DNA of 64,000 nucleotides from Candidatus Bathyarchaeota archaeon (GCA_963717465.1 OY970340.1:1568001-1632000), one strand, 5' to 3'; shown: positions 20,080 to 31,198, counted from the stretch's first letter. Numbers and translations are program-made. Notes: generated from the sequence alone by a model not told the origin.

Positions 20080-21084
20080 ATGAAACTGCCGCCTGGAAAA
20101 ATACCCGTTGATATTCTGAAAGATGTAGTTTTTAAGAATTTAGGAGCTGAACGCAAAGAAGTTACGCTTGGCCCCTCAGCTGGAATTGACGGAGCAGTCT
20201 TAGATTTCGGCAGCAAAAACGCTATTATCTCATTGGATCCTATAACTGGCGCTGTTGAACGCATTGGGTGGGAAGCCATTAATATTAACGCTAATGATGT
20301 AGCAACGTTCGGGGTGGAGCCAGCCTTCTTCTTTTCGTGCATTATGCTGCCAGAGAATGCTGACAGTTCCATGGTTCAAACTATAAGTACTCAAATGGGT
20401 TCTGCAGCGAAGAATTTGGGCATCGCCATTGTAGGGGGACATTGCGAATCTACTCCCGGCTTAACAAGCCCTATAGTGGTTGGCTGCATTATGGGCTTAA
20501 CAGAGAAGGGCAAATACGTAACAGCGGCAGGAGCAAAGCCTGGAGACAAACTTATACTGACAAAGAGCGCTGGGATTGAGGGCACGGCAATATTAGCTTC
20601 TGACAGAGAAGCCCAATTAAAAAAAATCTTGAATCCAACGATGCTTGAGAGTGCAAAAGATTTTTACAAGCAAATAAGCGTAGTAAAAGACGCGTTAACC
20701 GCTTATGGGGCAGGTGGAGTGCATGCGATGCATGATCCAACTGAAGGTGGAATCCTTAACGGCATACATGAATTATGCGATGCTGCGGGTTTGGGCGTAA
20801 AGGTTTTCTCAGAAAAAATCGTTGTTGAACCCGAAACAGCAAGAATCTGTAGGTTCTTTGAAATTGATCCACTTCAACTTATCAGTTCTGGCGCGTTGTT
20901 GATTGCGGTTGAGGCTGAATCGGCAAACAAAGTAATTGAAAGTTTATTCCAGCAACACATTTATGCTTCAATAATAGGTGAATTCAACAAAAACGTGGAT
21001 AAACGGGTACTGGTTCATGGAAACGATGTGGATATGCTTCCGCGACCATTGTCAGACCATTTATGGATTGCTTTAACGAGATAA
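20080..21084 (+). CDS. AIR synthase/PurM-like family protein (HypE-related, lacks the C-terminal PRxC)
   Basis: DPIT, NANDVA, IVGGH, MHDPTEGG, DPLQLISSG. Confidence 0.8.
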   Translation: MKLPPGKIPVDILKDVVFKNLGAERKEVTLGPSAGIDGAVLDFGSKNAIISLDPITGAVERIGWEAININANDVATFGVEPAFFFSCIMLPENADSSMVQTISTQMGSAAKNLGIAIVGGHCESTPGLTSPIVVGCIMGLTEKGKYVTAAGAKPGDKLILTKSAGIEGTAILASDREAQLKKILNPTMLESAKDFYKQISVVKDALTAYGAGGVHAMHDPTEGGILNGIHELCDAAGLGVKVFSEKIVVEPETARICRFFEIDPLQLISSGALLIAVEAESANKVIESLFQQHIYASIIGEFNKNVDKRVLVHGNDVDMLPRPLSDHLWIALTR

Positions 21085-21837
21085 AAAGTCTCGAAAACCG
21101 TTTAGGGGCAATTGTAAAAACCAGTAAAACATGAAAACAGGATAAAAGAAACTGTAAGCAATCATATGCGAATAAAGTAAACCACACTCAAATTCTACGA
21201 TCGCTTGATTAATCATATTCTGAAAATTCCAATTAGTCGGCGGTTTGTAATGAAGACAGTAAACTTCGTTTCCAATTTTAGCTTTATAACCATGCTTTTT
21301 GATGCACTTAACAAGAAATGAATCCTCGAAAGCATGCAAGTTACCAGGAATTTTTACACCTTTGACGGCTTCTGTTCGAATGAGCGTATCATGCATTCCA
21401 CCGCGTAAATCAAAGCATTGCCTAGCAATCAAAATTTGCAGAAAAATAATCCGTTTATCCTTAACATTTGGAATAACATCAACATTTAAACCCCATACAG
21501 CACCCACATTTTCTGATAAGTCTTCTTGGACTTTTTTAAACCAATCACGGCAAAGGACAACATCGCTGTCAACAAACACGAACCAGTCAGTGCTAACTTT
21601 GCTTATTCCTATCTCTCGCGCCCTTGCCCTCGTACCACTTGTCTTGTAGATCTTTACGTTTTTATGAATTTTTTTAAAATTATCGATTATTTTTAAAGTG
21701 TCATCCGTTGAGAATCCATCAATTACAATCAAGTTTTTAACTGGGATATTTTCGTAAATTGAAGTTATACACTTGCCCAGAAGATACTCGCTATTTTTGG
21801 TCAATAACACTACATCAACGTTGCCGGCAAGTGTCAT
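21073..21837 (-). CDS. GT2 glycosyltransferase
   Basis: VIDGFSTDDT, FVDSDVVL, AFED. Confidence 0.85.
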   Translation of the reverse strand: MTLAGNVDVVLLTKNSEYLLGKCITSIYENIPVKNLIVIDGFSTDDTLKIIDNFKKIHKNVKIYKTSGTRARAREIGISKVSTDWFVFVDSDVVLCRDWFKKVQEDLSENVGAVWGLNVDVIPNVKDKRIIFLQILIARQCFDLRGGMHDTLIRTEAVKGVKIPGNLHAFEDSFLVKCIKKHGYKAKIGNEVYCLHYKPPTNWNFQNMINQAIVEFECGLLYSHMIAYSFFYPVFMFYWFLQLPLNGFRDFLSR

Positions 21838-21922
21838 CCCAATTCCTCCAGTTTTTAGCAGGGCAAATTTATTGTACAGAATACTAATAGGCTAAGATAA
21901 TAATCTATGCCATGTTGAAGCT

Positions 21923-22645
21923 TCAGGCGAGCAATCGGTAAATCGAATACGCCGTGTAAAAACCATAAGCTAAAAACAATTTAGCGACCAAAAGAAAATC
22001 GCCAAACCTTAACGCGTCAACAATTAACTGTAAACTTCCTTTTAAGCTCCAAACTTCCTGAGGTCTGTAGTGAATGCAGAATGGACTGTAACACGCAATT
22101 ACTTGATAACCTTTTTTTGTTATCCAATCTTTAATGAATGCATCCTCGAAAACATGCAAATTGGGAGGTATCTTCATGTCTGCTACAGCCGCAGTTCGGA
22201 TAAGAGTGTCATGCGTTCCGCCTCGAACATCGAAAATTTTGCGGGTGACCATTAAAAACATCTTTAACGTTGACGGATTTGTAATCGTTGACCAGACCTC
22301 AATTCCCCAAATGGCGCCAACATGTTCGTTAACATATTTTGCGGCTTTACTATACCAATCGTTACAGAGAACAACGTCGCTATCAACAAACAAGAACCAA
22401 TCAGTTTGCACACGACTTATGCCTTTTTGACGTGCTGTTGCACGAGTTCCATGGTCAAGAACAATTTTTACATTATGATACTTGGCATCGAAATCGCGCA
22501 GAATGTCTATGGTTTTATCAGTTGAGTAACCATCAACCACTATCAATTGCCTGACTGGAATGTTTTTGTAGATTGACTCGAGACATTTTTTGAGAACCCG
22601 CGAACTGTTTTTTGTCAGCAAGACAACATCAATGGATTGAAGCAT
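21923..22645 (-). CDS. GT2 glycosyltransferase (paralogue of the adjacent gene)
   Basis: VVDGYSTDKT, FVDSDVVL, RGGTHDTLIRT, VFED. Confidence 0.85.
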   Translation of the reverse strand: MLQSIDVVLLTKNSSRVLKKCLESIYKNIPVRQLIVVDGYSTDKTIDILRDFDAKYHNVKIVLDHGTRATARQKGISRVQTDWFLFVDSDVVLCNDWYSKAAKYVNEHVGAIWGIEVWSTITNPSTLKMFLMVTRKIFDVRGGTHDTLIRTAAVADMKIPPNLHVFEDAFIKDWITKKGYQVIACYSPFCIHYRPQEVWSLKGSLQLIVDALRFGDFLLVAKLFLAYGFYTAYSIYRLLA

Positions 22646-22774
22646 GTTTGTCCTTTAGCCAGTATTAATTTTCAATACATTAATCTTTCCTGAACATCTC
22701 CCAGCCAACCTTATGCATGCTTTTATATTTCCAAACTAATTACACATTCTTAACAATTCAAAGAGTGATAATGC

Positions 22775-23815
22775 GTGAGTTCAGGCATCAAGAAAGCAGC
22801 TGGAGTAGCTGTACGCTCATTAATTAATGGTCAACCTCATCATGCGCAATGGTTAGTCACAAGAAGATGCAATTACCGATGTCTAGGCTGCAATGTTTGG
22901 AAGGAACAAGACAAAAATGAAATATCCACCGCGGAAGTAAAAAAGGGCTTAGACATTCTCAAAAAACTTGGGATAATAGAGCTTGTACTCTCGGGAGGAG
23001 ACCCGCTTTTAAGGGACGATATCGGTGAGATAATTCAACATTCAACAAAAAATTTTATGACAACAGTGTATGATAACGGTAGCATGGCTGCCAAAAAAAT
23101 TGATTGCCTGAGAGGAGTAGATTTTGCGGCCATTTCCATAGATAGCTTAGATGCAAAGAAGCATGACTACATCAAAGATGTGCCGGGTGCATGGAAAAAA
23201 GCCATGGAGACAGTTGAAATACTTCATAAAGAAGGCATAAAGGTATGCGTGACCCCAACGATTTCACAGTTAAACCTAAATGAAATCGTTGACATGACTA
23301 ATTATTTTACGAAAAAAGATATTCCAGTTTGGTATTGCCTCTACTCGTACGATAAAACGATGGATGTCGATCAACTTTTCAAAATCGGCAAAGCTAATGA
23401 CGAATTCATTATAACCGACAAAAAGGGCATGGTTAAACTCTGTGATGACTTAATTAAAATGAGAAAAAAGAACAATAAAATTTTAATTAGCGACAAACTG
23501 TTAAAAACAGTAAAAAGTTTATATCAAAATGAAAGGACATGGAGTTGCCTTGCACTCGACAGCTTTTTAGTCGTTGATCACCTAGGCAGAATCGCGGGAT
23601 GCCACAACCACAATTTTGCTGGTTCAATTTTTGATTTACCCACAAAGTGGAAAAGCAACGAATTCAAAGAATTACGCAGAACCTACAATAATTGCACACA
23701 ATGCACTTACTTATGTTACATTTTTTACTCGCTTCACGGAACCCCAAGGGGACACTTGTCATTAGCTGCTGAGCAATGGAAAAACGCAGGGTTACTTATT
23801 AACAAAAGCAAATAA
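22775..23815 (+). CDS. Radical SAM protein with SPASM/twitch-like C-terminus
   Basis: CNYRCLGC, SGGDPLLR, ISIDS; C-terminal Cys in WSC, IAGC, CTQC..LC. Confidence 0.88.
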   Translation: MSSGIKKAAGVAVRSLINGQPHHAQWLVTRRCNYRCLGCNVWKEQDKNEISTAEVKKGLDILKKLGIIELVLSGGDPLLRDDIGEIIQHSTKNFMTTVYDNGSMAAKKIDCLRGVDFAAISIDSLDAKKHDYIKDVPGAWKKAMETVEILHKEGIKVCVTPTISQLNLNEIVDMTNYFTKKDIPVWYCLYSYDKTMDVDQLFKIGKANDEFIITDKKGMVKLCDDLIKMRKKNNKILISDKLLKTVKSLYQNERTWSCLALDSFLVVDHLGRIAGCHNHNFAGSIFDLPTKWKSNEFKELRRTYNNCTQCTYLCYIFYSLHGTPRGHLSLAAEQWKNAGLLINKSK

Positions 23816-24011
23816 GCATTACTAGTTAAGACGAGCTAAAGATAGCGTATATCGATTCTGTAAAGCAGAAGAATACCTCGTTCATGTTAGTAACGCTAGG
23901 AAGGTATTGTAAGTTAGATCGCAATAATCGTTCTAAGAGATCAACGATGTTCTGATTTCGCCAGTAAATTAACAGCAGTGACTCAAGGCTGAGCAATAAT
24001 TTTTTTAAGTA

Positions 24012-24638
24012 TTAACTTTTTTCTGCAATATGAATTTTAACTGCTGGATATATCCATTTACTTTCGACATAGTGTAATTTTGCTTTTTCAAATAGTTCCT
24101 TAAATTCTTTTGTTGAATACGTCTTTATGTGCGCTGCTTCAAGCCTACGGCTTAAGCCATCTATCATCTGCGTGAAAAAATTGTCAGCAGTGGCATCCAG
24201 AATGCAGACTTTGCCTTTGACTTTCAAGACTCTAAATGTCTCTTTGAGTGCCTTCTCAGAATCTGAAAAATGATGAAAAGCGTTAGAACTAATAACGAAA
24301 TCAAAGAAGTTATCGCTGAAGGAAAGTTTTTCAACCATGGATTTTTCAAAAAAAACATTCGCATAACTCTTAGATTTTGTTTTTGCCTGCTCAATCATTT
24401 TGGATGAATTATCGACACCATAAAACGTTCCTTTCCCTCCTATTAGACGAGCAGAATAACGCACAGCCCATCCAGTACCGCAGGCTAAATCCAAAAGGCA
24501 AGGGTTCTCTCCGAACGAAAGTTGAGAAACAAGTTTTTTCTGAGTCCACCGTAAAAATCTGTAGCGCCAATCATATGTTTCAGCTCTTGAATCCCACAAT
24601 TCTTCATTCAACTTAGCTTTCTCGTTAGATTTCTCCAA
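24012..24638 (-). CDS. Class I SAM-dependent methyltransferase (UbiE-like)
   Basis: LLDLACGTG, GVDNSSKM, FDFV..NAFHHF. Confidence 0.88.
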   Translation of the reverse strand: MEKSNEKAKLNEELWDSRAETYDWRYRFLRWTQKKLVSQLSFGENPCLLDLACGTGWAVRYSARLIGGKGTFYGVDNSSKMIEQAKTKSKSYANVFFEKSMVEKLSFSDNFFDFVISSNAFHHFSDSEKALKETFRVLKVKGKVCILDATADNFFTQMIDGLSRRLEAAHIKTYSTKEFKELFEKAKLHYVESKWIYPAVKIHIAEKS

Positions 24639-24666
24639 ATATTTTCACCAACTTAAGCCTGATAAA

Positions 24667-25362
24667 TCAGGTGTTACTAAGTTTTTTCTCATTTGAAGGT
24701 TTTTTCTCGTTCGAAGGCAATAAGAACACGATGACTACAATCGCCAGTATAATTACAATGGCTACGGGCAAACCCCAATAGGTATCCCTTATGGAAAGCG
24801 TTATCCAACCAAATAAGGGAATGCGCATGATAACTCTACCCACCACTAGATTCTGCGGAACCCCTTGTCCCCCATCCTGAGTGTCCCACCCATCGTAACC
24901 TGTTGTCGGTGTTTGAGGCCATGGGTTGCCGTTTCCGTCGCCTTTGGTGTCAAAGTACAAAGTACCATTAATTTCATGCACGTCTATTATGCGGTGAACG
25001 ATCAAATAATTTGGATCATATGGGTGTTCTGGGCTATAAAACACGATTATGTCACTATTCGGATAATTGGTGTTTAAATCCGCGGGGTTCACTCCTTGAA
25101 TTATAATAATGTCGCCTACGTTAAGGGTTTTATCAAATGGATGCTCTAAAGTTAATAGGAAATAGCTAAACAGATACGGAGGTCCTGGTTCAAAATCATA
25201 GGGAATACTCATGCTGCTGCTCTCTACAGTTAACGCGGGATAGGGCGTGTTAAGAACCGCTTGCAAACCAAACAATAAACCAAGAAAAACTACAACAATC
25301 AAAACAATAGCAACAAAGGTTTTGAAGGCATCTTTTTTCCATAGTTCTTTAAGGGTAATCAA
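24667..25362 (-). CDS. Signal peptidase I (archaeal/ER-type S26)
   Basis: N-terminal TM, V.SSSM, GDIIII, IVHR, TKGDGN, VVGRV, C-terminal TM. Confidence 0.85.
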   Translation of the reverse strand: MITLKELWKKDAFKTFVAIVLIVVVFLGLLFGLQAVLNTPYPALTVESSSMSIPYDFEPGPPYLFSYFLLTLEHPFDKTLNVGDIIIIQGVNPADLNTNYPNSDIIVFYSPEHPYDPNYLIVHRIIDVHEINGTLYFDTKGDGNGNPWPQTPTTGYDGWDTQDGGQGVPQNLVVGRVIMRIPLFGWITLSIRDTYWGLPVAIVIILAIVVIVFLLPSNEKKPSNEKKLSNT

Positions 25363-25734
25363 AACTCCTTCCCTTTACATTAATGAATTTAACGTTATAT
25401 GACGGCACTTATGTTTAAACTTACCTTTCCTTAAATCTGCAAAATTGTTTGCCGATAGTTTAGTCTGCGACTTCCTAATAGGTTTCTTGGTAAGCACAAA
25501 ACTTTGATTGTTTTAAAGAATTCGTGCAAAGTGCCAATATGCTATAGGGTATGCACTTGTGATGATTATTTAAGTAGCCAGCCGCTATTGCTAAAAATGC
25601 TTAAAAATTAGTAGCGATTCAAAATTAATATTCAACTGCCTGCTACTAACATCTTTTAATTTTAGATGCATGGCTTATCGCTAAACGAAGCAAAGAATAT
25701 AAGCGACTTTTAGAATGCCAATATTCTGATAAAA

Positions 25735-26706
25735 ATGGGTTTATGGGAACTTAGACTTTCGATGGTGGCTACTCTTGCCATAATCATAGGGTTATCCACG
25801 TTAGTGTTAACTGCGATTATGATCTATTTAGGTATCTTTGACATTGTAACTTTAGGCGTTCTTGTGGTGGTTATTAATCTGGTTCAATGGCTGATTGCCC
25901 CTTACCTAGTTGGGGCCATGTATAAGGTTCGTAAGGTTTCGGAAGCTGAGAATCCGCAACTTCACCAAATCGTTGGTGAGTTGAGCCGAAAATGCAATAT
26001 CGCTAAGCCGCAGCTTATGCTGGCGCAGATCCCGCTTCCAAACGCTTTCGCGTATGGTTCACCGCTGACTGGCAGCCGAGTCGCAGTAACTCAGGGATTA
26101 TTGACGACACTGAACACGGGCGAAATTGAAGCAGTATTAGGACATGAACTTGGACACTTGCGACACAAGGATGTTCAAGTCATGATGGCCATTTCCTTCT
26201 TACCTGCCCTTTTCATGTACTTGGGATACGCCTTAATATTTTCAGGCTCTTCCGGAGGCAACGGAAGAGGCAACGGAGGTTACGGTGCAATTATCGGTAT
26301 AGTGCTTATGGCGTTTTCGTGGGTTCTTAACATTTTCACCTTATACTTAAGCAGAATTCGCGAGTATTATGCCGATAGAAACAGCGTATCTGTAGTTAGT
26401 GATGGAGCTATGAAACTCTCAACAGGGCTCGCCAAAATCGTTAACGCAACAAAAAGAAACAGTAGGCCAAATAGCCGTGGGCAGCAACAAAACATTAGCG
26501 CATTTAAGGCGTTATTCATCGCTGATCCAGACAGGGCAAACACCGATTCTACTAAAGCAAACTTCGACGCACAATCTATGGTTCAAGAAATTCTTTCGAG
26601 AAAAATAACGTCAACAGATAATTTGATGGAAATCCTATCTACACACCCCAACATTACAAAACGGCTTCGAGCACTACAAGAACTAAGTCACAATCCTACT
26701 GCTTAA
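25735..26706 (+). CDS. htpX: Zinc metalloprotease HtpX (M48)
   Basis: PNAFAYG, VAVTQGLL, HELGH, SRIREYYAD, STHP..RL. Confidence 0.92.
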   Translation: MGLWELRLSMVATLAIIIGLSTLVLTAIMIYLGIFDIVTLGVLVVVINLVQWLIAPYLVGAMYKVRKVSEAENPQLHQIVGELSRKCNIAKPQLMLAQIPLPNAFAYGSPLTGSRVAVTQGLLTTLNTGEIEAVLGHELGHLRHKDVQVMMAISFLPALFMYLGYALIFSGSSGGNGRGNGGYGAIIGIVLMAFSWVLNIFTLYLSRIREYYADRNSVSVVSDGAMKLSTGLAKIVNATKRNSRPNSRGQQQNISAFKALFIADPDRANTDSTKANFDAQSMVQEILSRKITSTDNLMEILSTHPNITKRLRALQELSHNPTA

Positions 26707-26918
26707 GACCTAATTTTTTTATTTTTTGCAAATATTTGCTCAAAATATTTTAATTTCTAATGCAACAGGTTTGGCTATAGTTTTTTCCTATTATGTAGAA
26801 CATTCAACTTAGCTTCTGCGGCATTATGCAAAGAAAAAGAAGGAGAAGAGTAACTAACAGGCATAAATCTATTCATACTAGTGTAGCCCAGAATGCTTAT
26901 AGTGGAATAGTGAATTTG

Positions 26919-27470
26919 ATGAAATGTGCAAAGTGTGGGTACGAAAATGCTGCTGATAACGTATTTTGTAATATGTGCGGAACTAAACTAGGAGAAAATG
27001 CAAGCCAGACTGCGCCACCAACTCAGTCTGCAGTTGGTGTTGACGAGAATGTTAGAGGTGTCATTGTTAAGAGGTTTGACGCGATAAAGAATAAGGATGA
27101 AGCTACGGTTACAGGGTTAATGGATGAGAGTTATAGTAAGTTTGATGATTGGGCTCCTTATCAAAGGCAGGAGCGTTCTGAAGCCTTGCAGAACGAGTTT
27201 TCAGCATTTAAAGTATTATCAAATTATACGTATGAGCTAAACAATTTGAAAACCAGTATCTTAGGCGGTTTAGCAATAGCAACTTGCATAGTACATTATA
27301 AAGCAAATATTAGAAACCAACAATATGACATAACCTCTCGCGTTACCATTATTCTGAAAGGTCAAGATTCAACCTGGAAAATTGTCCATGAGCACTTCTC
27401 CAGGATTCCTCAAGAAGGTGCAAGTCAACAGCAATTCCAGAGGCAAAGACGATTCGGATTCCCATTTTAA
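26919..27470 (+). CDS. Zinc-ribbon plus SnoaL/NTF2-like domain protein
   Basis: CAKCG...FCNMCG; C-terminal RVTIIL...WKIVHEHFS. Confidence 0.75.
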   Translation: MKCAKCGYENAADNVFCNMCGTKLGENASQTAPPTQSAVGVDENVRGVIVKRFDAIKNKDEATVTGLMDESYSKFDDWAPYQRQERSEALQNEFSAFKVLSNYTYELNNLKTSILGGLAIATCIVHYKANIRNQQYDITSRVTIILKGQDSTWKIVHEHFSRIPQEGASQQQFQRQRRFGFPF

Positions 27471-27649
27471 CCCTTTGAAAAATAAGATCTGGGCTCTAAA
27501 CTGATAACCAGAACCCTTCTTTTCGGTTATAATGTGATTTTTTTGAAAAAAACTGTATTCATTTTTCTTTGCAACAAAGCAATATTAAGTTTGATAAAAA
27601 TTTGGAAGAGTTAAATTTTTGCCATAAACCTTCTTTGGTCTGTTTGAGT

Positions 27650-29197
27650 TTATGCTATCCGTCTATTTCTCTTATAAGTCACGACTGAAAGGCTGATTAC
27701 CATTGCGCCAAAACCCCAACAAGCAAAACCAGCAATAATATTTACAATAGAAATTTTAGTAGGTGTGTTTGCCGAATTAGAAGACGCTGTCGTTGTTGAA
27801 GTACTGTTGCGGTTGCTATTTTCTCCATTATCACTAGTAACACTGTGATTATTGGTATCGATAGAACCATATTGTCCTGTTGGATTGTTTGCGAAAGTGT
27901 TTATGAATACTTGTCCTCCTTGTGTTGGATTAAAGTTCGAATCACGCATGGCAAATTCACCGATATCTCTGAACCAATGCTGCCCAACTGAGATGTGATT
28001 TGCGATAGAAATGGCAAAGATGTTCTGTTCAGCAGTAATTTCATTTGCTAAGTCTGAATCCAAGTCTATGCCTGTTTCGCTCAAGAAAACAGGGTGATTC
28101 TGCGCGACTTGAAGTATTCCTTCTGTTTGCATCGCATTGTAGACATCGCTGTAACTGTAGCCTTGCGTAGTTGTCCCAAATGCAGAGTTAGACCTATACA
28201 AGTGAGTACCATAAATAATATTGCTGTCATTTAATCCCAGTGCGTTCAACCAGGAACTCATGTCAGTATGCATAACGGCCGAGTCTTCTGAAGATGTGCA
28301 CCATGAATCAACTTCGCATTGAACTATTATTGGTTGAGTATATCCGACTGCTTCCATAGCTGAAACAGATTGATCTATAGCTTGAAACCAATCTTCCTGT
28401 GCAATACTACTTATATCAGTGTTTGGTTCGTTCCAAAGTTCAATCATAACGTTTGGATACGATTTTAAAATTTCTGCTTCATTTTGAGTGAATGCGACAA
28501 AGTCAGCTATGCTACTTATGCCAGAATTAATGCTTGTGGCAAAGGGTGGAAAAGGCAAAGGATCTTGCGTTGCTATTTGGTTGTTTGTCCAATAATCGCT
28601 TAATCTATAATTACAGACATCAACATACATTCCTAAACTTTGCGCATCTTGGCAAACCGTTTCAACCGCTGTTTGATAAGGCACCAATTCCGTGTTCGGA
28701 TCGCCGCTAATTATTGCAGATGTGACGTTATTTAACCAATCTTGAGCGTTAACTAGTAATCTTACCGTATTTATACCCCAGCTTTGCATTATTTTAAGCT
28801 GAGCTAGCACATTCAAACTTAATTGTGCTTGCGATGTAAAACTTGATACGCCATTCCACACTCCATCAGGTCCGTCAGCCATTTCTACCACGTTTACACT
28901 TTGAAGAATTATTTCTTGTCCATTACTAGTTATGATTTTATTTCCTTGCACGTCTAATTCTGAAGCTGATGCAGTATTAGCATAGGTTCCAGAGATTAGA
29001 GAGGTTTCATCATCTTTGAGTAACAATGCAAGGGGTGACTTCGCAGGGTCTACATCTCCAGTTCCATTACTTGCCAATAGTGAGACCGTTGAAACTAAAC
29101 CTGTTAAAAATATGCTGATTGCGCATATGGCAATTGGTTTTGCGTATTTACGAGCAATGCTCAGAGCCAATTGTACTTTTTGATTTTTGATGTTCAA
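27650..29197 (-). CDS. Secreted, membrane-anchored glycoside hydrolase, GH5-like
   Basis: Signal/TM segment, WGINTVRL, ELWNEP (acid/base), HLY, FLSETG (nucleophile), S/T/N linker, C-terminal TM with basic tail. Confidence 0.8.
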   Translation of the reverse strand: MNIKNQKVQLALSIARKYAKPIAICAISIFLTGLVSTVSLLASNGTGDVDPAKSPLALLLKDDETSLISGTYANTASASELDVQGNKIITSNGQEIILQSVNVVEMADGPDGVWNGVSSFTSQAQLSLNVLAQLKIMQSWGINTVRLLVNAQDWLNNVTSAIISGDPNTELVPYQTAVETVCQDAQSLGMYVDVCNYRLSDYWTNNQIATQDPLPFPPFATSINSGISSIADFVAFTQNEAEILKSYPNVMIELWNEPNTDISSIAQEDWFQAIDQSVSAMEAVGYTQPIIVQCEVDSWCTSSEDSAVMHTDMSSWLNALGLNDSNIIYGTHLYRSNSAFGTTTQGYSYSDVYNAMQTEGILQVAQNHPVFLSETGIDLDSDLANEITAEQNIFAISIANHISVGQHWFRDIGEFAMRDSNFNPTQGGQVFINTFANNPTGQYGSIDTNNHSVTSDNGENSNRNSTSTTTASSNSANTPTKISIVNIIAGFACWGFGAMVISLSVVTYKRNRRIA

Positions 29198-29594
29198 TCC
29201 TTCCTCTCCCGCATGAAGCTTCAGAATGTTTAGCAGTAAACTATTATACCTTGTTGAAAAGCTTGTTTTTCAGATTTTCCAAGTTTAATTCTTTTTGTTA
29301 ATAATGTAAATTCTATTCGTACTTTCATCAAGTTACAAGAAACGAACTTTTTTCTCCGCACATTTCAAAAGTAATACTGTTCATAGAAAGACCTGACTTG
29401 AGATTCAAGAAACAAAATAACTCTAAAACCAAGGAGAACACCCTATCAGACGTCAGCATTACAATAAACACTTAACCACATGCAGCTTAAACGGAAAACG
29501 ACGCATTCTCAGCGATGCCTGCGGTTAATTAGCCTTGATTGAATTGAGGACTTTATTCAAGCAATGGATAAAAACATCACTTTGGAAAGTTTTT

Positions 29595-30344
29595 CTAGTT
29601 TTCTTTTTTTGCACGTCTGTCCATCCATTCGTGGGCGAAAACTTCAGGCTGCCCATAGTCTATTGCTTCAAGAATTTTTTCTGCTATGTGCTCTGCTGAG
29701 TCAGGTTTAAATCGTTCATCAGCAACATGCTCGTTTGAATTTCTTTTTTGTTCCTCTTTTACAGCTTTGATTGTATTTTCTTCGAAATTAGTTAGTGTAA
29801 TATACGGATAAACTACGGAGATTATGATACCGTCTTTTTTTAGCTCTTCTCTTGCAGTGATGCTTATGTGTGCCAGTGCCTGCTTTAGGCCACCGTAAGC
29901 GCTTGTGCCTGGAAGATTCATTAGGGCTAAACCTGAACTTATGTTAACAATTGACCCAGCACCTTGCTTTCGCATATAGGGCACTACTTGCTGCATTGCA
30001 ACTATTGGACCTACTAAGTTCAAGTTAAAAATGTACTGAAATTTTTCCACGTCTATTTGTTCCATGAACGCGTCGTATCCTTGTCCAGCATTGTTAACAA
30101 GGATGTCTATTTTGCCAAAGTGCGATATTGTTTTTTGGATCATGCTCTTGATTTCACGAGGTTTTGTCATGTCTGCGGTGATTGCAATCGAGTCTGGAAG
30201 CTGTTTAGATAAAACTTCTAGTTTGTCTTTTGATCTTGCTGCTAACACAAGCTTTGTGTTTTTAGATGATAATAGTTTTGCAGTGGCTAATCCTATTCCA
30301 CTTGAGGCTCCTGTTATTATGGCTACTTTACCTTTGACCTTCAT
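29595..30344 (-). CDS. Short-chain dehydrogenase/reductase
   Basis: TGASSGIG, NNAG, NISS, YGGLK. Confidence 0.92.
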   Translation of the reverse strand: MKVKGKVAIITGASSGIGLATAKLLSSKNTKLVLAARSKDKLEVLSKQLPDSIAITADMTKPREIKSMIQKTISHFGKIDILVNNAGQGYDAFMEQIDVEKFQYIFNLNLVGPIVAMQQVVPYMRKQGAGSIVNISSGLALMNLPGTSAYGGLKQALAHISITAREELKKDGIIISVVYPYITLTNFEENTIKAVKEEQKRNSNEHVADERFKPDSAEHIAEKILEAIDYGQPEVFAHEWMDRRAKKEN

Positions 30345-30553
30345 ATCAATTCCTTGCCAATTAGGTGGAGAAGTTCTAATTTATCTTTTTTCTGTTTTAA
30401 CTAATATACGAGTAAATTCTTTTACCTTTTGACCTTTTTCAATTATCGGAAAAGGCAACTTTTTCCCTCTTTTATGAATCAATTTGGTCTAACACAAAAA
30501 AGCTGTCAAAACTATTCTATAGTTTGAGTGACAAGACGTATATTGAAGAAGGG

Positions 30554-31186
30554 CTATGGGGCATTCTTACATAATATCATATTATCAATAACTTTGCATA
30601 ATACCTCAAAAACCTCATCGGCATCCAAGTTATTGGTGTCCAGCACTAAATCAAATGGAGCTAGGTCTTCGCCTAGGATAAAACCGTATAGATCTTTGTA
30701 AATTGCCCTAGTTTTTTCTTCTTTTTCTTTCAAAACTTCAAAAGCTTCTTTAATAGTTATTTTGTCGCGTTGCGCAACTCTGGTTGCTCTTTTCTCTATT
30801 GAAGCTTGCAGCCAAATCTTAAACCCTGTTTTTAGCAGCCAAGGCATTGTCCAACTATCCAAAAGAACATTGCCTTTTTTTGCGCGTTCAAGAAGCTTTG
30901 TATCGACAGCTTTATCGAATTTGGGGTCTTTGCTTCTTGCGTCTAAGAAGCTAAGTCCCAATGGTTTTTCCCACCAGCCTTCGCTATACACGGTATATCC
31001 TGCCTCTTTTGCTAAATCTTTAAGGGCATCTCCTCCTGAATAGTAATCAAGATTGTATTTTTGGGCTAACTTTTTTGATAAAGTGCTTTTTCCGGTTCCA
31101 GCCATGCCTGAAATGCAAATTACAACATTTTTTGGGGGAGGTTGGTTGTCAGTAAGATTTATGTTCATTGGGTATTGGCACCGCAT
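30554..31186 (-). CDS. cmk: Cytidylate kinase (archaeal type)
   Basis: ISGMAGTGKST, D..VD, KIWLQAS..RA.R, FDLVLDT; usual position downstream of secY/DUF106. Confidence 0.85.
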   Translation of the reverse strand: MRCQYPMNINLTDNQPPPKNVVICISGMAGTGKSTLSKKLAQKYNLDYYSGGDALKDLAKEAGYTVYSEGWWEKPLGLSFLDARSKDPKFDKAVDTKLLERAKKGNVLLDSWTMPWLLKTGFKIWLQASIEKRATRVAQRDKITIKEAFEVLKEKEEKTRAIYKDLYGFILGEDLAPFDLVLDTNNLDADEVFEVLCKVIDNMILCKNAP

Positions 31187-31198
31187 AAATTTATTGGG

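Noticed and set aside
20080..21084. HypE hydrogenase maturation factor
   Set aside because: Lacks the C-terminal PRxC cysteine required by HypE.
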